Assembly: GCF_900091655.1 (NCBI RefSeq)
Contig: NZ_LT594621.1
Coordinates: 2,715,858-2,779,857, forward strand
Direction: 5' to 3'
DNA length: 64,000 nt
Source: Culturomica massiliensis
GTDB lineage: Bacteria; Bacteroidota; Bacteroidia; Bacteroidales; Marinifilaceae
Both the position numbers and the translations under genes were made by a program. Positions 39,494 through 49,658 of this stretch are shown piece after piece (positions within the stretch are counted from its first letter, which is position 1; every line of letters begins with the position of its first letter). Below the pieces are notes generated by a model that was not told where the DNA came from, did not search any database, and saw nothing but the letters and a program-made list of their open reading frames with translations.

Positions 39494-41677
39494 ATGAGAA
39501 AAATACCATTTTTCCGCCAACGCTCATCCAATATATGCGGACCGACCTGTATACAAATGCTGTGTGCTTATTATGGCAAATTGTACAATATAGATACGAT
39601 CATACAGCATTGTGAATTAACGAAGGCCGGCGTATCCATCAGGGATATCGTCAATATGGGAGAAAGCTTGGGATGCTATGCTTCATCTTTTAGCGTAAAC
39701 CCGGCAGAAGCCCGAAGAATCCCCCTTCAAGCCATCCTTTATCTTAAAGAAGGTCATTTTGTTATCCTTGAAAAAATAAAATATAAACGAGGTCATTATT
39801 TCTACAAAATAATAGATCCGGATTACGGCCGGGTGGAATTGTCTGAAAAGGCTTTTATTGAAAAATGGATGGATAATAACAGAGGATTCGGGGTACTCCT
39901 GGTACCTAAAGACGATTTTCTTACTATCAATCCTGAAATTAATCTCCGGAACCGTAATAAAGAGATTTTTACTGATATAAAATCGGTGGCCAGCATTCAT
40001 AAGAAAAAATTCATATGGGTGATCTTACTGACTTTTATCGTGCTTGGAACCAATTGGGCCATGCCGATTCTGTTACAGAAAACGATAGATGACGGTATTA
40101 TGGCAAAGGATATAAATTTCGTTTGGCTGATGTTATTGGCTCAATTCGTCTTCTTCATCGGGTTTATGTTATCAAACACAATAACCAATCTTCTTTCGGC
40201 AAAAATAAATTTTAAAATCAACATTGACTTTGTCCAAAAATACTTCAACAAAGTTGTCAGGCTTCCGATCAATTTTTTTGATACAACGTTCCGGTCGGAT
40301 TTGATACAACGATTGTCCGACCTCGGAAGGATTAACGGATTTATAACAGACAATATTGTCGATATTGTCTTTTCATTTGCAAACCTCATCGTTTTTTCAG
40401 TCATCCTGATGATCTACAACAGTAAGATATTTTTATTATTCATTCTTTTTAGTACCCTTTCTATCGTTTACTCATTGCTGTTCCTGAAAAAAAGAAAAAG
40501 TTTGGACTATTCTTTCTTCTCAATAGATTCACAAAGACGGAATTCTGTATATGAGTTGATTATGGGAATGTCCGAGATCAAGATCAACAATGCTTACCAT
40601 TCCCGGATCAAGGCGTGGAATATCATTGAATCCAAACTGAATAAACTGAAGCTAAAAATATTATACTGGAGCTTTTACTCATCTGAGGGCGTTTCAATTA
40701 TCGGACGTCTAAGGGATATCGTACTGACAGCCTTATCAGCATATTATGTGATCCAGGATCAAATGACAATGGGTACAATGATGATGATAAGTTTTGTTTT
40801 AGGACAGCTTTCTGCCCCTATAAGCGATATGATGTCCTACACTAAAATTATTCAGGACATTAAATTGTCTTATGAACGGGTATTTGATATATATAGTAAA
40901 AAAGATGAAGATGATGAGAAAATGATACATCTAAATCATCAGATAAGCGATGGTATCCGATTTGAAAACGTATATTTTAAATATCCAGGAACATCGAATC
41001 CATATATACTCAAAGATGTAAGTATTGATATCCCGGCGGGAAAAACTACCGCTATTGTCGGTCCCAGTGGAGGAGGCAAAACAACCATGTTAAAATTGAT
41101 CCTGGGTTTTTACCAACCGTTGCAAGGAGCCATCAGGATCGATCGGTACAATTTAAATGACATCCGGCGGGAATCATGGAGAGAACAATGTGGTATTGTA
41201 ATGCAAGACGGTTATATCTTCAGCGCCTCAATTGCCGAAAACATAGCTTTACATGAAGAGGAACCTGATATCAAGCGGCTTATATATGCGGCAAAAATAG
41301 CTAATCTATACGATTTCATTGAAAATTTACCGATGAAATTCAACACCAAAATTGGTGAAATAGGCCTCAATCTCAGCGGAGGAGAAAAACAACGTCTCTG
41401 GATAGCGCGTGCTGTTTACAAAAATCCTGCTATCGTATTATTTGATGAAGCTACTTCCTTGTTAGATGCGAATAATGAAAAAACAATCATTGGTAATTTA
41501 ACTGCCTTTTTATCTAAGAGAACAGTAGTTATTATTGCTCATAGGCTAAGTACGGTAAAAAATGCCGATAATATTATTTTCTTGGATAAAGGAACTATTG
41601 TGGAACAAGGAACTCACGATGATTTGATTAAATTACGCGGAGCCTATTATAATTTAGTTAAAAACCAACTGAATTAG
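39494..41677 (+). CDS. Peptidase C39 domain-containing ABC transporter (bacteriocin leader-cleaving exporter, SunT/LagD-like)
   Basis: 727 aa. The N-terminal C39 domain carries catalytic Cys and His context (NICGPTCIQM, EGHFVIL). Six TM helices follow. The ABC module shows Walker A (GPSGGGKTT), the signature motif (LSGGEKQR) and Walker B (VLFDEATS). Confidence 0.85.
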   Translation: MRKIPFFRQRSSNICGPTCIQMLCAYYGKLYNIDTIIQHCELTKAGVSIRDIVNMGESLGCYASSFSVNPAEARRIPLQAILYLKEGHFVILEKIKYKRGHYFYKIIDPDYGRVELSEKAFIEKWMDNNRGFGVLLVPKDDFLTINPEINLRNRNKEIFTDIKSVASIHKKKFIWVILLTFIVLGTNWAMPILLQKTIDDGIMAKDINFVWLMLLAQFVFFIGFMLSNTITNLLSAKINFKINIDFVQKYFNKVVRLPINFFDTTFRSDLIQRLSDLGRINGFITDNIVDIVFSFANLIVFSVILMIYNSKIFLLFILFSTLSIVYSLLFLKKRKSLDYSFFSIDSQRRNSVYELIMGMSEIKINNAYHSRIKAWNIIESKLNKLKLKILYWSFYSSEGVSIIGRLRDIVLTALSAYYVIQDQMTMGTMMMISFVLGQLSAPISDMMSYTKIIQDIKLSYERVFDIYSKKDEDDEKMIHLNHQISDGIRFENVYFKYPGTSNPYILKDVSIDIPAGKTTAIVGPSGGGKTTMLKLILGFYQPLQGAIRIDRYNLNDIRRESWREQCGIVMQDGYIFSASIAENIALHEEEPDIKRLIYAAKIANLYDFIENLPMKFNTKIGEIGLNLSGGEKQRLWIARAVYKNPAIVLFDEATSLLDANNEKTIIGNLTAFLSKRTVVIIAHRLSTVKNADNIIFLDKGTIVEQGTHDDLIKLRGAYYNLVKNQLN

Positions 41678-41946
41678 GCCGGTTTATAAACAATAAGTCT
41701 TTTCAAGCCAACACTCCTGCTTTGAATAAATTTACCGGAGGCAAAACAATAAACTAAAATCGGTTATTCCCCAGAATAGCTGGACTGCCCGGAAACATTC
41801 TACACAAATCACATGCCATATCCCACCGGTAACATAGTGACAGCTTTCCTGACTATTTTTCATGAAAATTTGACAGCTTTAACAAACGCCGCATTCAATT
41901 CACATCCTTGCCTCTTTTCCGGGCTACCCATATATTCAACCAAAAG

Positions 41947-42126
41947 CCGTAAATCTAAAATTGTAAACACCAACTTATATTGCTAATTTAAAATCTAAAA
42001 TTAAACCTACAGCCGGTCTAAAGCTTAAAATCCCCAAACCGCGCTTTTCACCTCCCTATACATATCAATCCTCCATCCCCCCCCCAATCTAAAATCGTAA
42101 ATCTAAAATCGTAAATCAAAAATCCC
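41947..42126. repeat. Array of AAATCTAAAAT(C/T)GTAAA(T/C) motifs, including a 2.6-copy tandem ATCTAAAATCGTAA repeat at 42086-42126, with an adjacent C9 homopolymer (42077-42085)
   Basis: Direct reading of the sequence. The same motif family occurs at 1825-1954 and in inverted form at 4026-4107. Confidence 0.55.
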
Positions 42127-42206
42127 TACACTTCAGACACCTCCACCTTCCAATCGTCAATCTATCGGAAATTTTCTATCTTTGTCCCCCCATTAAAAAC
42201 ACTGCC

Positions 42207-42794
42207 ATGGAAAACATTCTTCAAATTGCCGAACAAAACCAACAAAAAGCCCGCAACATCATCCGGGATACCAGACTCATTGAAATCTGGCAATCGATCG
42301 GGGCCGAACCCCGGCTCGTCGGTTCGTTGAAAACAGGCTTACTCATGAAACACCGGGACATAGACTTTCACATTTATTCCGCTCCGCTAACCGTATCCGA
42401 TAGCTTCGCTGCCATGACACGCCTGGCTGAAAATCCCGGAATCGTCCAAATTCAATACGGCAACCTGCTCGACACCGAAGAAAAATGCATCGAATGGCAC
42501 GCCTACTACCGGGACTCCGACAAACAGCTATGGCAGATCGACATGATCCACATCCTGAAAGGCTCCGCATACGACGGCTACTTTGAGAAAATGGCAGAAC
42601 GTATCACGGCCGTCCTCACTCCCGAAACCAGGGAAGCCATACTCCGGTTAAAATACGAAACCCCGGACACGGAAAAAATCATAGGTGTCGAATATTACCA
42701 GGCCGTTATCCGTGACGGCATCCGCAATTATACAGACTTCACAATCTGGCGTAAACAGCATCCGGTTACGGGCATTGTCAAATGGATTCCTTAA
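42207..42794 (+). CDS. Minimal nucleotidyltransferase-fold protein (Pol-beta superfamily; DUF4269-like)
   Basis: 195 aa. The NTase signature is hG[GS]-x11-DxD (VGSLKTGLLMKHRDIDFHIY). Confidence 0.45.
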   Translation: MENILQIAEQNQQKARNIIRDTRLIEIWQSIGAEPRLVGSLKTGLLMKHRDIDFHIYSAPLTVSDSFAAMTRLAENPGIVQIQYGNLLDTEEKCIEWHAYYRDSDKQLWQIDMIHILKGSAYDGYFEKMAERITAVLTPETREAILRLKYETPDTEKIIGVEYYQAVIRDGIRNYTDFTIWRKQHPVTGIVKWIP

Positions 42795-42925
42795 TAAACT
42801 CCGGACCGGAAACGACACAATCTTCCCGGAATTCAACGTATAAAACAAGGGCAGCCGCAACTTGCCGGCCACCCTTGCCATTCCGCTCTATCCGCTTCGG
42901 AACATCCGGTAAAATCCGGACCGGC

Positions 42926-44143
42926 TCATTTCATCTTTCTGATCTTCCTTTTTATCCGGAAATAATAACCGGTTACTGCAAAAACAGCTCCGAGTAATGA
43001 AGCCAGACAAGACAAAATCCGTGTTGTCATTCCACCCCAGGTACCGGTATGTACGGAATAAATCCATCCCCTTATCTTTCCGGATTTCGGCTGGTCCTTA
43101 TACAACTGTACATCTGTGATTTGTCCGCTTGCCGGATCAAAAAGATAACGATCGCTTCCTCTCGTATTTCCATAATCAGCGGTAGCAACAGTTGCCGAAC
43201 CGTCCTGAATTGTAATGGAATTGAAAGAGGAATACCGCTCTTGCAAAACGGATAACACCTCCGCCCACCGGATATAATCCGGTTTTTGCGACTCTTTTCT
43301 TTTTCCTGCGGATAATCCGGTTTCTTTTACAGCAACACGGCTTTCCCGGCCGGAAAAACTTCTATCCCCGTCCTTCTTTTCCACCCCCCTTCCGATCTTC
43401 CCTTCTTGTCCCATACTTCGTCCTCCGGCTGAAATCGGGACATGTACCTCTGTCCGTCCGGTAGTGCCTCCGAACACTGCATAAAAAGCATCACGATACC
43501 AGCCGAACGACCAGGTTAACCCGGTTAAAGCAAGGGCAAGCAAAAACAATGCCGCATAAAAACCCCCGGACACATGCAAATCATAAAAAAAACGATGCCA
43601 ACCGGCCCTGGTTTTTATTTTCAACCGGTTTTTCAGCATCTTCCTGTTACATGGAAACCAAACCGCAAGTCCGCTCACCAAAATAACGACAAACACCAAT
43701 GTTGCATATCCCACCACGGCTTTCCCCAGCGAAAAGCTGCCGTCCCGTTTATAAGAATCGAGCAACCAGCGGTGAAGGCGCATTGTTTGCATGAAAAATC
43801 CCTGTCCGTCGTCTATCCCGGTTACCTCTGCCGTATAAGGATCGATAAAACAGACTGCTTTCTTTCCCGGCAAAACCAACTGATAGGTCCGTCTCGGATC
43901 AGAAGAAATCCGGATACCGTTTATTTTAACAGAATCGGGTAATTGTTGCTGTGCCGAATAAATCAGGAAGGCAGGCGAAAGCGGCTCACCTTTGATTTCT
44001 CTGACAAAATAACGGGAAGGATAACATAACTCCAGGATTTCTGTTTCAAATACCAATATTGCACCTGTCAGGCAGACAATCGTTATGATAATACCGAAAG
44101 GTATCGATAACCATAAATGCATTTTCGCAAAAAACTTTCTCAT
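42926..44143 (-). CDS. PepSY-associated TM helix protein (XusC-like)
   Basis: 405 aa with N- and C-terminal TM helices. It is last in an operon with a TBDR and a DUF4374 gene. Confidence 0.65.
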   Translation of the reverse strand: MRKFFAKMHLWLSIPFGIIITIVCLTGAILVFETEILELCYPSRYFVREIKGEPLSPAFLIYSAQQQLPDSVKINGIRISSDPRRTYQLVLPGKKAVCFIDPYTAEVTGIDDGQGFFMQTMRLHRWLLDSYKRDGSFSLGKAVVGYATLVFVVILVSGLAVWFPCNRKMLKNRLKIKTRAGWHRFFYDLHVSGGFYAALFLLALALTGLTWSFGWYRDAFYAVFGGTTGRTEVHVPISAGGRSMGQEGKIGRGVEKKDGDRSFSGRESRVAVKETGLSAGKRKESQKPDYIRWAEVLSVLQERYSSFNSITIQDGSATVATADYGNTRGSDRYLFDPASGQITDVQLYKDQPKSGKIRGWIYSVHTGTWGGMTTRILSCLASLLGAVFAVTGYYFRIKRKIRKMK

Positions 44144-44162
44144 CCCCGGTCATATTTGATTG

Positions 44163-45542
44163 TCAATTCCGGAAATAAGTCAGTTTGCCTACCCCGCTGA
44201 TCTTCTCCGATTCTACGGTAAGTCCTTTTGTTGCAACAGCCGTTTTCGGATCAATCCGGTAAATGGCCGGCTGATTTCCGTCAGTTGTCGTTACAGGCAT
44301 ATAGGCAATACCGTTTTCAGAAAACGGTGTATTACCGAACCCGGAAATGACATCCTTGGCAGGCATACCTGTTACATAAGTAAGCCTTCCGGACTCTCCT
44401 TTGTAAATAGCCAGTTCATTGGCTGTAAACCCACTCTCCGTCAAAGGCCTGTCATACATCAGCAACAGAAAATAATCTTCGGTAATATGCCAGCAACGTA
44501 AAAACGACCTACCCTCGGTTTGTTCTTCGAGATTACAGTAGTAATTCGGATCGAATTCCTCTGTTCCGGCTTTAATACGCACCACTCCGGCAGGTAAAGC
44601 CGTTTTTTGTACCTGGGCGGTCATCGTCTTGGCATAAGACGGTGAAAATACATATACATCACCATTGTCGGCTGCCCAAATCGTTTGGTAATATTGCGAT
44701 TTGTAACGTCCGCAGGCATAACTGATCTTATCCGTCCGGATTAATTTCGGACTCTCGAACCTCTCATCGGCATATATGGCAATCCAGGCTTCATCCGGAT
44801 ACTGTGTCCACTGTAATTCACCTTTCTCATAAGCACCGCTGCCACTTCCCCCCGATTCGGTCTTCACCAACTCCGGATACTTAACATACTCGCCGTTATT
44901 CGCCTTTACACCGTACTTACTCAATCCCATCGGAATCGCCGCAGAATAAATCTTATTACCGGCTTGCAGAATACCGGCCAAAGTGACAAACTCACCGTTT
45001 CCCAAATAATTCTCTGCCATGAGGACACTTTGATTCGTTGCAAACGTTTCATTGACCACATCCAGGTAAGACAACAGAAAACCCTTCGGCAGAAAACCGT
45101 TTCCATCGGACATATTCTCACCCAGATTACCGGTGGAAGAAGTGATAATATAATTCTTATAAATACCGTAAGATGTAAACCGTTTGATCTCATACGTATT
45201 GTCACGCTCTTCCGCTTTCCCTTTTTCATTCAGAACATACGAAGAAGTTACGCCTGCATTCCCCTGATTATATACCAGACGATACAGATATTTGTCCTGA
45301 TAAAAAATCCATTGAGTTCCGCTCTCTGTGGTCAAACCGTTATTTTTAGCCGACACACTTCCCTCATCGAGTTTATCGCTGATCAGCAAATAATTGGCAT
45401 CCCCGACAGAAGCAGCAATGACAAAATCAGACAATGCGCCATCACCTCCGTCACCCCCGCCCGATACATGATCGTCGCAGGATATTGTTAAACTCAAACA
45501 CAAAATAACGGCTAAACTCCGGTTAAAATAATTCTTTTTCAT
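44163..45542 (-). CDS. DUF4374-like surface lipoprotein (XusB-like siderophore-binding candidate)
   Basis: 459 aa with a lipoprotein signal (LSLTISCDD). It sits between the TBDR and the PepSY gene, as in Bacteroides xusABC. Confidence 0.55.
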   Translation of the reverse strand: MKKNYFNRSLAVILCLSLTISCDDHVSGGGDGGDGALSDFVIAASVGDANYLLISDKLDEGSVSAKNNGLTTESGTQWIFYQDKYLYRLVYNQGNAGVTSSYVLNEKGKAEERDNTYEIKRFTSYGIYKNYIITSSTGNLGENMSDGNGFLPKGFLLSYLDVVNETFATNQSVLMAENYLGNGEFVTLAGILQAGNKIYSAAIPMGLSKYGVKANNGEYVKYPELVKTESGGSGSGAYEKGELQWTQYPDEAWIAIYADERFESPKLIRTDKISYACGRYKSQYYQTIWAADNGDVYVFSPSYAKTMTAQVQKTALPAGVVRIKAGTEEFDPNYYCNLEEQTEGRSFLRCWHITEDYFLLLMYDRPLTESGFTANELAIYKGESGRLTYVTGMPAKDVISGFGNTPFSENGIAYMPVTTTDGNQPAIYRIDPKTAVATKGLTVESEKISGVGKLTYFRN

Positions 45543-45643
45543 ATAAACATCGTTTTTAAAACTATAACATCATATTCAAAATAACAGCACAGGACATTCC
45601 ACAACTTACCAAGCCGACCTTCCTTTCCTCGTCCCTTCCTTTT

Positions 45644-48028
45644 TCACCGTCCCCCTGAAAGATACACCCTCACCTTGCCGTAAAATGCCCTGCCGGCCTT
45701 CTGCAAACTAAAATTGTCATACAACTTTTCATTCGTAAAATTCCGGCACTCGAAAGAAAAATTGTAGCGTCCCTCCTGTACACCGTAAGAAATTGTCAGA
45801 TTGTGAGAAAATTGTGTCGGTACGATAAATTTAGACTCACTGCCGACAGCTTCCGAATAAAGCGGAAAACGATGCATATATAAATTATCGTAAGTAACCG
45901 TCAGCTTATTCCCTTTTCGTAACAGGTCAGGCCAATAAAAAGTGATGTCCGAATTGGCAAACCGGTAAGGCAGATTAGGCATCCGGGCTTTATATGTCAG
46001 GCTGGCCTGATTCGACCCGCTGGTGACAGTCTTCACATTGTCGCGAACATCCATCTGCGTGAAATTTCCTCCGGCACTTATCCGGTTCGCAAAACCGTAA
46101 CGAAAAGAAACAGTATACCCTTTCGTCAGCACTTTGCCGTGATTTACATAAGTAGCTCCGTACTTCCCGCCACTCAAACCGGATATATTCCTTTGGATGT
46201 AATCCTTTGTATTGCGATAAATCAAACCGCCCTCGGCATACACAGAATGCTTACCGAACAACTCATTATAACTCAGATTCAAATTTACATTATCACTATT
46301 TTCAGGTTTCAGTGCAATATCTCCGGTCTCGAGGTCCTCATCCCCGAACATCTCCTCATTGGTAGGTAAACGGTAAGCCTTTTCATAAGATAACTTCCCC
46401 TGCAGACTCTTCAATATAAAGTACGTACCGGCTGCTCCGTAACCCATTGCTCCGATCGAATTTGTTGTCCGTATATACTTGTCCTGTGCGGACGAAGTAG
46501 CAATCGGACCCGCAATAAATTGATCGTAATATTTACCGAAAACAGAAATATTCCAATGTTCCTTTGGCATCAGCCGATAAGAAAATCCACTGATATTCTT
46601 ACGGGTTTCCTTCGGGATGACATTTGCCTCCGAACTATTGTCCAGCAAAGAGCGGTTCGACCGCCGGAAATCATTAATCACATGGTTAAAAGTAAATACA
46701 TGGGACCTGCCGAGACGGTAATTGACCGTAAAAGTCCCGTTCCAGTTATTATTATCCGAACGGATATTCTGGTAAGACTGTTCCCCGGGCATCCGGAGAG
46801 GACGCATTTCTCCCCGCCAGTTAAACTCATAGGAAGAAGTATCGACATTATGAGTTACATTCTTATTGTAATTGGCCGTCAAAACCACATCCAGCCCTTT
46901 AGTAAACAAATCCCGCTTACGGTATTCCAGCGATGGCATCAGAGAATAACCTTTACGGTATTTCCCGCCGAATACAATTTCCTGCCGTACCCCCGTTTGT
47001 ATATCCTTATACATATTCGACCAGGTAAATCCGAACACCAAACGATCTGCCCAGATCTTACCCGCAACACCGATCTTTCCGGCAACAGCCTCGTTATGAT
47101 AATTATCATGGAAGCGTTTTACATGCTCTATCTTTTTCTTATTGATTGCGCCGGTCTCGAAATTCTTCACCGGAGTATCCACATAATAATCGTTATCGGA
47201 ATAATTCTGGAACGCATTGATTTCATATATAAAGCCGCTCCGGAATGTCTGTCCGAAATTGACGTATGACTTATGCGTATTAAACGATCCGTAAGAATAA
47301 GAGGCATCCAGAAACCAGCTTTTCTGATTCCTTTTAGTAACAATATTGATCACTCCGCCGATAGCATCTGTTCCGAAACCGACGGGAACGACACCCTTAT
47401 ACACCTCGATACGCTCGGCAAAATTGACCGGAATATTATTCAGACCGAACGAGCTCCCGACGCCTTCCTGCGGGACACCGTCAATAAACACCTTGACATG
47501 TTTACCGCTGAATCCGTCCATCATCAACTGCATATCCGAACCTACACCCCCCGATTCACGGATTTTCATACCCGGAGCTTGTGCCAGGGCCTCACTCAAA
47601 TTCTGTGTCGAATTTTGCAAAGCCTTCGTATCGAGTGCTATCGCGTTAAATGCCGAACGCTTCAAACGACTTATCCCATTAGAAACGACCACGGCTTCTT
47701 CCAGTTCTTCCACCTGCGGGATAAGCGTTACATTTTGCTTATGCCGTTCGCCCGCAACCAACAACACCTGTATTTCCTCCGTCTTATAACCGACAGCAGA
47801 TACCACAAGCGTATAGCGACCTGCAGGAGCTTTCAGGTGATAAATTCCCTCTCCGTTAGCAACACCTCCATAACTGCTACCTTTCAGATAAACAGTTGAA
47901 AAATCCACGGTACCCCCTTCCGCAGATAATATCTTACCCGAAATCAAAGCTTGATCTTGCGAAAATGCCGATACCGCTGATAATAAAAAAACAAAACAGA
48001 GGGAAAATTTCAAAAAAAATGCTCTCAA
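45644..48028 (-). CDS. TonB-dependent siderophore-type receptor (XusA-like)
   Basis: 794 aa. It has a signal peptide, a CarbopepD_reg-like N-domain and a plug (GMKIRESGGVGSDMQLMMDGF...VFIDGVP). The barrel ends in an aromatic residue. Confidence 0.8.
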   Translation of the reverse strand: MRAFFLKFSLCFVFLLSAVSAFSQDQALISGKILSAEGGTVDFSTVYLKGSSYGGVANGEGIYHLKAPAGRYTLVVSAVGYKTEEIQVLLVAGERHKQNVTLIPQVEELEEAVVVSNGISRLKRSAFNAIALDTKALQNSTQNLSEALAQAPGMKIRESGGVGSDMQLMMDGFSGKHVKVFIDGVPQEGVGSSFGLNNIPVNFAERIEVYKGVVPVGFGTDAIGGVINIVTKRNQKSWFLDASYSYGSFNTHKSYVNFGQTFRSGFIYEINAFQNYSDNDYYVDTPVKNFETGAINKKKIEHVKRFHDNYHNEAVAGKIGVAGKIWADRLVFGFTWSNMYKDIQTGVRQEIVFGGKYRKGYSLMPSLEYRKRDLFTKGLDVVLTANYNKNVTHNVDTSSYEFNWRGEMRPLRMPGEQSYQNIRSDNNNWNGTFTVNYRLGRSHVFTFNHVINDFRRSNRSLLDNSSEANVIPKETRKNISGFSYRLMPKEHWNISVFGKYYDQFIAGPIATSSAQDKYIRTTNSIGAMGYGAAGTYFILKSLQGKLSYEKAYRLPTNEEMFGDEDLETGDIALKPENSDNVNLNLSYNELFGKHSVYAEGGLIYRNTKDYIQRNISGLSGGKYGATYVNHGKVLTKGYTVSFRYGFANRISAGGNFTQMDVRDNVKTVTSGSNQASLTYKARMPNLPYRFANSDITFYWPDLLRKGNKLTVTYDNLYMHRFPLYSEAVGSESKFIVPTQFSHNLTISYGVQEGRYNFSFECRNFTNEKLYDNFSLQKAGRAFYGKVRVYLSGGR

Positions 48029-48337
48029 CGTATTCTAAAATTTATGCCATTATTAATCCGGCACAAATATCTTTATAAACGAAAAACATAACAATCACTC
48101 AAAATAGGTAAAAAACAGCCCTGTTCCCATATAAATTACTAACCATTTATAGGTATGAGCACACACAACCGTCGGTAGAATATTTACCGTTTTACTTCCG
48201 ATTTTCACCCTTTCTGCCTACCTTCGTATGACTTTTTCTGTTATCAGTAATTGTTCGAAATCAATCCTACATCTTAACATTCTAAGTGATTGTATACAAA
48301 TAGTTTACGACGCATTAAATAAGTCAACGGACTTGAA

Positions 48338-49537
48338 ATGAATAAAGCAGTTATTTTCGAAAATAAGGAAAATCGTAAAGACACGATCATTTCAGCCTGT
48401 GTCTTTCTTTCCGGATTCTCTTGCTTTGCACAGCTATACTATTTCCAGCCCCTTCTACCGGACCTGGCACGCGAATTCGCACTAAGTGCCAGTCAAAGTA
48501 GCCTGGCAGTCTCTTTTTCCACCCTTGGAATGGTATTCGGACTGATAGCGACGATGTTTATCGCCGACCGTATTCCCCGAAAAACACTGATTAGCATCGG
48601 ATTACTAGCTTCATCCGTTTTTTCCGTAGCCGCTTCCTTCTCACCCGTCTTCTGGTTGCTGATCCTGTTAAGCGCTGCCAAAGGCTTCCTGCTGGCAGGG
48701 GCAACCTCTGTTTCCATGGCTTACATCGGAGAAGAAGTATCCGACCGGAACAAAGCCAGAATTATGGCACTCTACATTGCCGGAAATGCCCTCGGAGGCA
48801 TGGGAGGCCGCTTCATTTCCTCCTGGATCGGAGCCGTATCCGATTGGAGAATAGCCTCCGTTAGTATCGGACTGCTATGTGCTGTTTTTGCGCTGCTCTT
48901 TTTAATTTTCAGTCCGAAATCCACACATTTCACACCTAAAAAAGAAAGCCTTCACACCTTAGTCGTCTCCAACCTGCAACTGATAACCTCCAAATCCCTG
49001 GTACCCTTCTACCTCACCGGAGGACTGATCCTGGGGGTATTCGTCAGCCTTTATAATTACATGGGATTCTACCTGATTAAAGAGCCGTTCAACCTTCCGG
49101 AATACAGCATCCACTACATCTATCTGATGTACATCTTCGGAATGTTCGGTTCGATAGCCACCGTCCGCCTCACACGCCGGCGTACCCCTTTCTGCATCTT
49201 AAAAACCATGCTGCTGATATCTGCCGGAAGCATACTCTTACTCTATGTCGCTCACTTCCTCTTAATAGCTATCGGCCTGGCCATATTCACCTTCAACTTC
49301 TTCGTCGTCCACGTCCTTTGCAACCGTATCGTCAGCGACTACGACCTGTCGAAACGCTCCGTCACCATCTCCATTTACCTGCTTACCTACTACCTCGGAT
49401 CGAGCCTGCTCGGTTGGGCAACCGGTATCCTCCTGGACATTTTCGGCTGGCGCTACTTCCTTGCCGGACTGATCGGGATCGTTCTCCTCAATTACACCAT
49501 CGTCACACTAGGTATCAAACGAATCGAAAAAAAATAA
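48338..49537 (+). CDS. MFS transporter
   Basis: 399 aa with about 12 predicted TM helices and an MFS motif region (ADRIPRKTLISIGLL). Confidence 0.75.
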   Translation: MNKAVIFENKENRKDTIISACVFLSGFSCFAQLYYFQPLLPDLAREFALSASQSSLAVSFSTLGMVFGLIATMFIADRIPRKTLISIGLLASSVFSVAASFSPVFWLLILLSAAKGFLLAGATSVSMAYIGEEVSDRNKARIMALYIAGNALGGMGGRFISSWIGAVSDWRIASVSIGLLCAVFALLFLIFSPKSTHFTPKKESLHTLVVSNLQLITSKSLVPFYLTGGLILGVFVSLYNYMGFYLIKEPFNLPEYSIHYIYLMYIFGMFGSIATVRLTRRRTPFCILKTMLLISAGSILLLYVAHFLLIAIGLAIFTFNFFVVHVLCNRIVSDYDLSKRSVTISIYLLTYYLGSSLLGWATGILLDIFGWRYFLAGLIGIVLLNYTIVTLGIKRIEKK

Positions 49538-49658
49538 TCCGGAAAACAAACTGAAAGCACTCACCGCAACCTCACGCCCCATAATATTATAACTTCCAAC
49601 TTTGATCGTTTTGTCAAAAAATAATTACATTTGACAAAATCTCAAACATCCTTCAACC

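Noticed and set aside
46520-47899. Plus-strand ORFs of 249 aa and 208 aa
   Set aside because: They are antisense to the well-supported TonB-dependent receptor gene.
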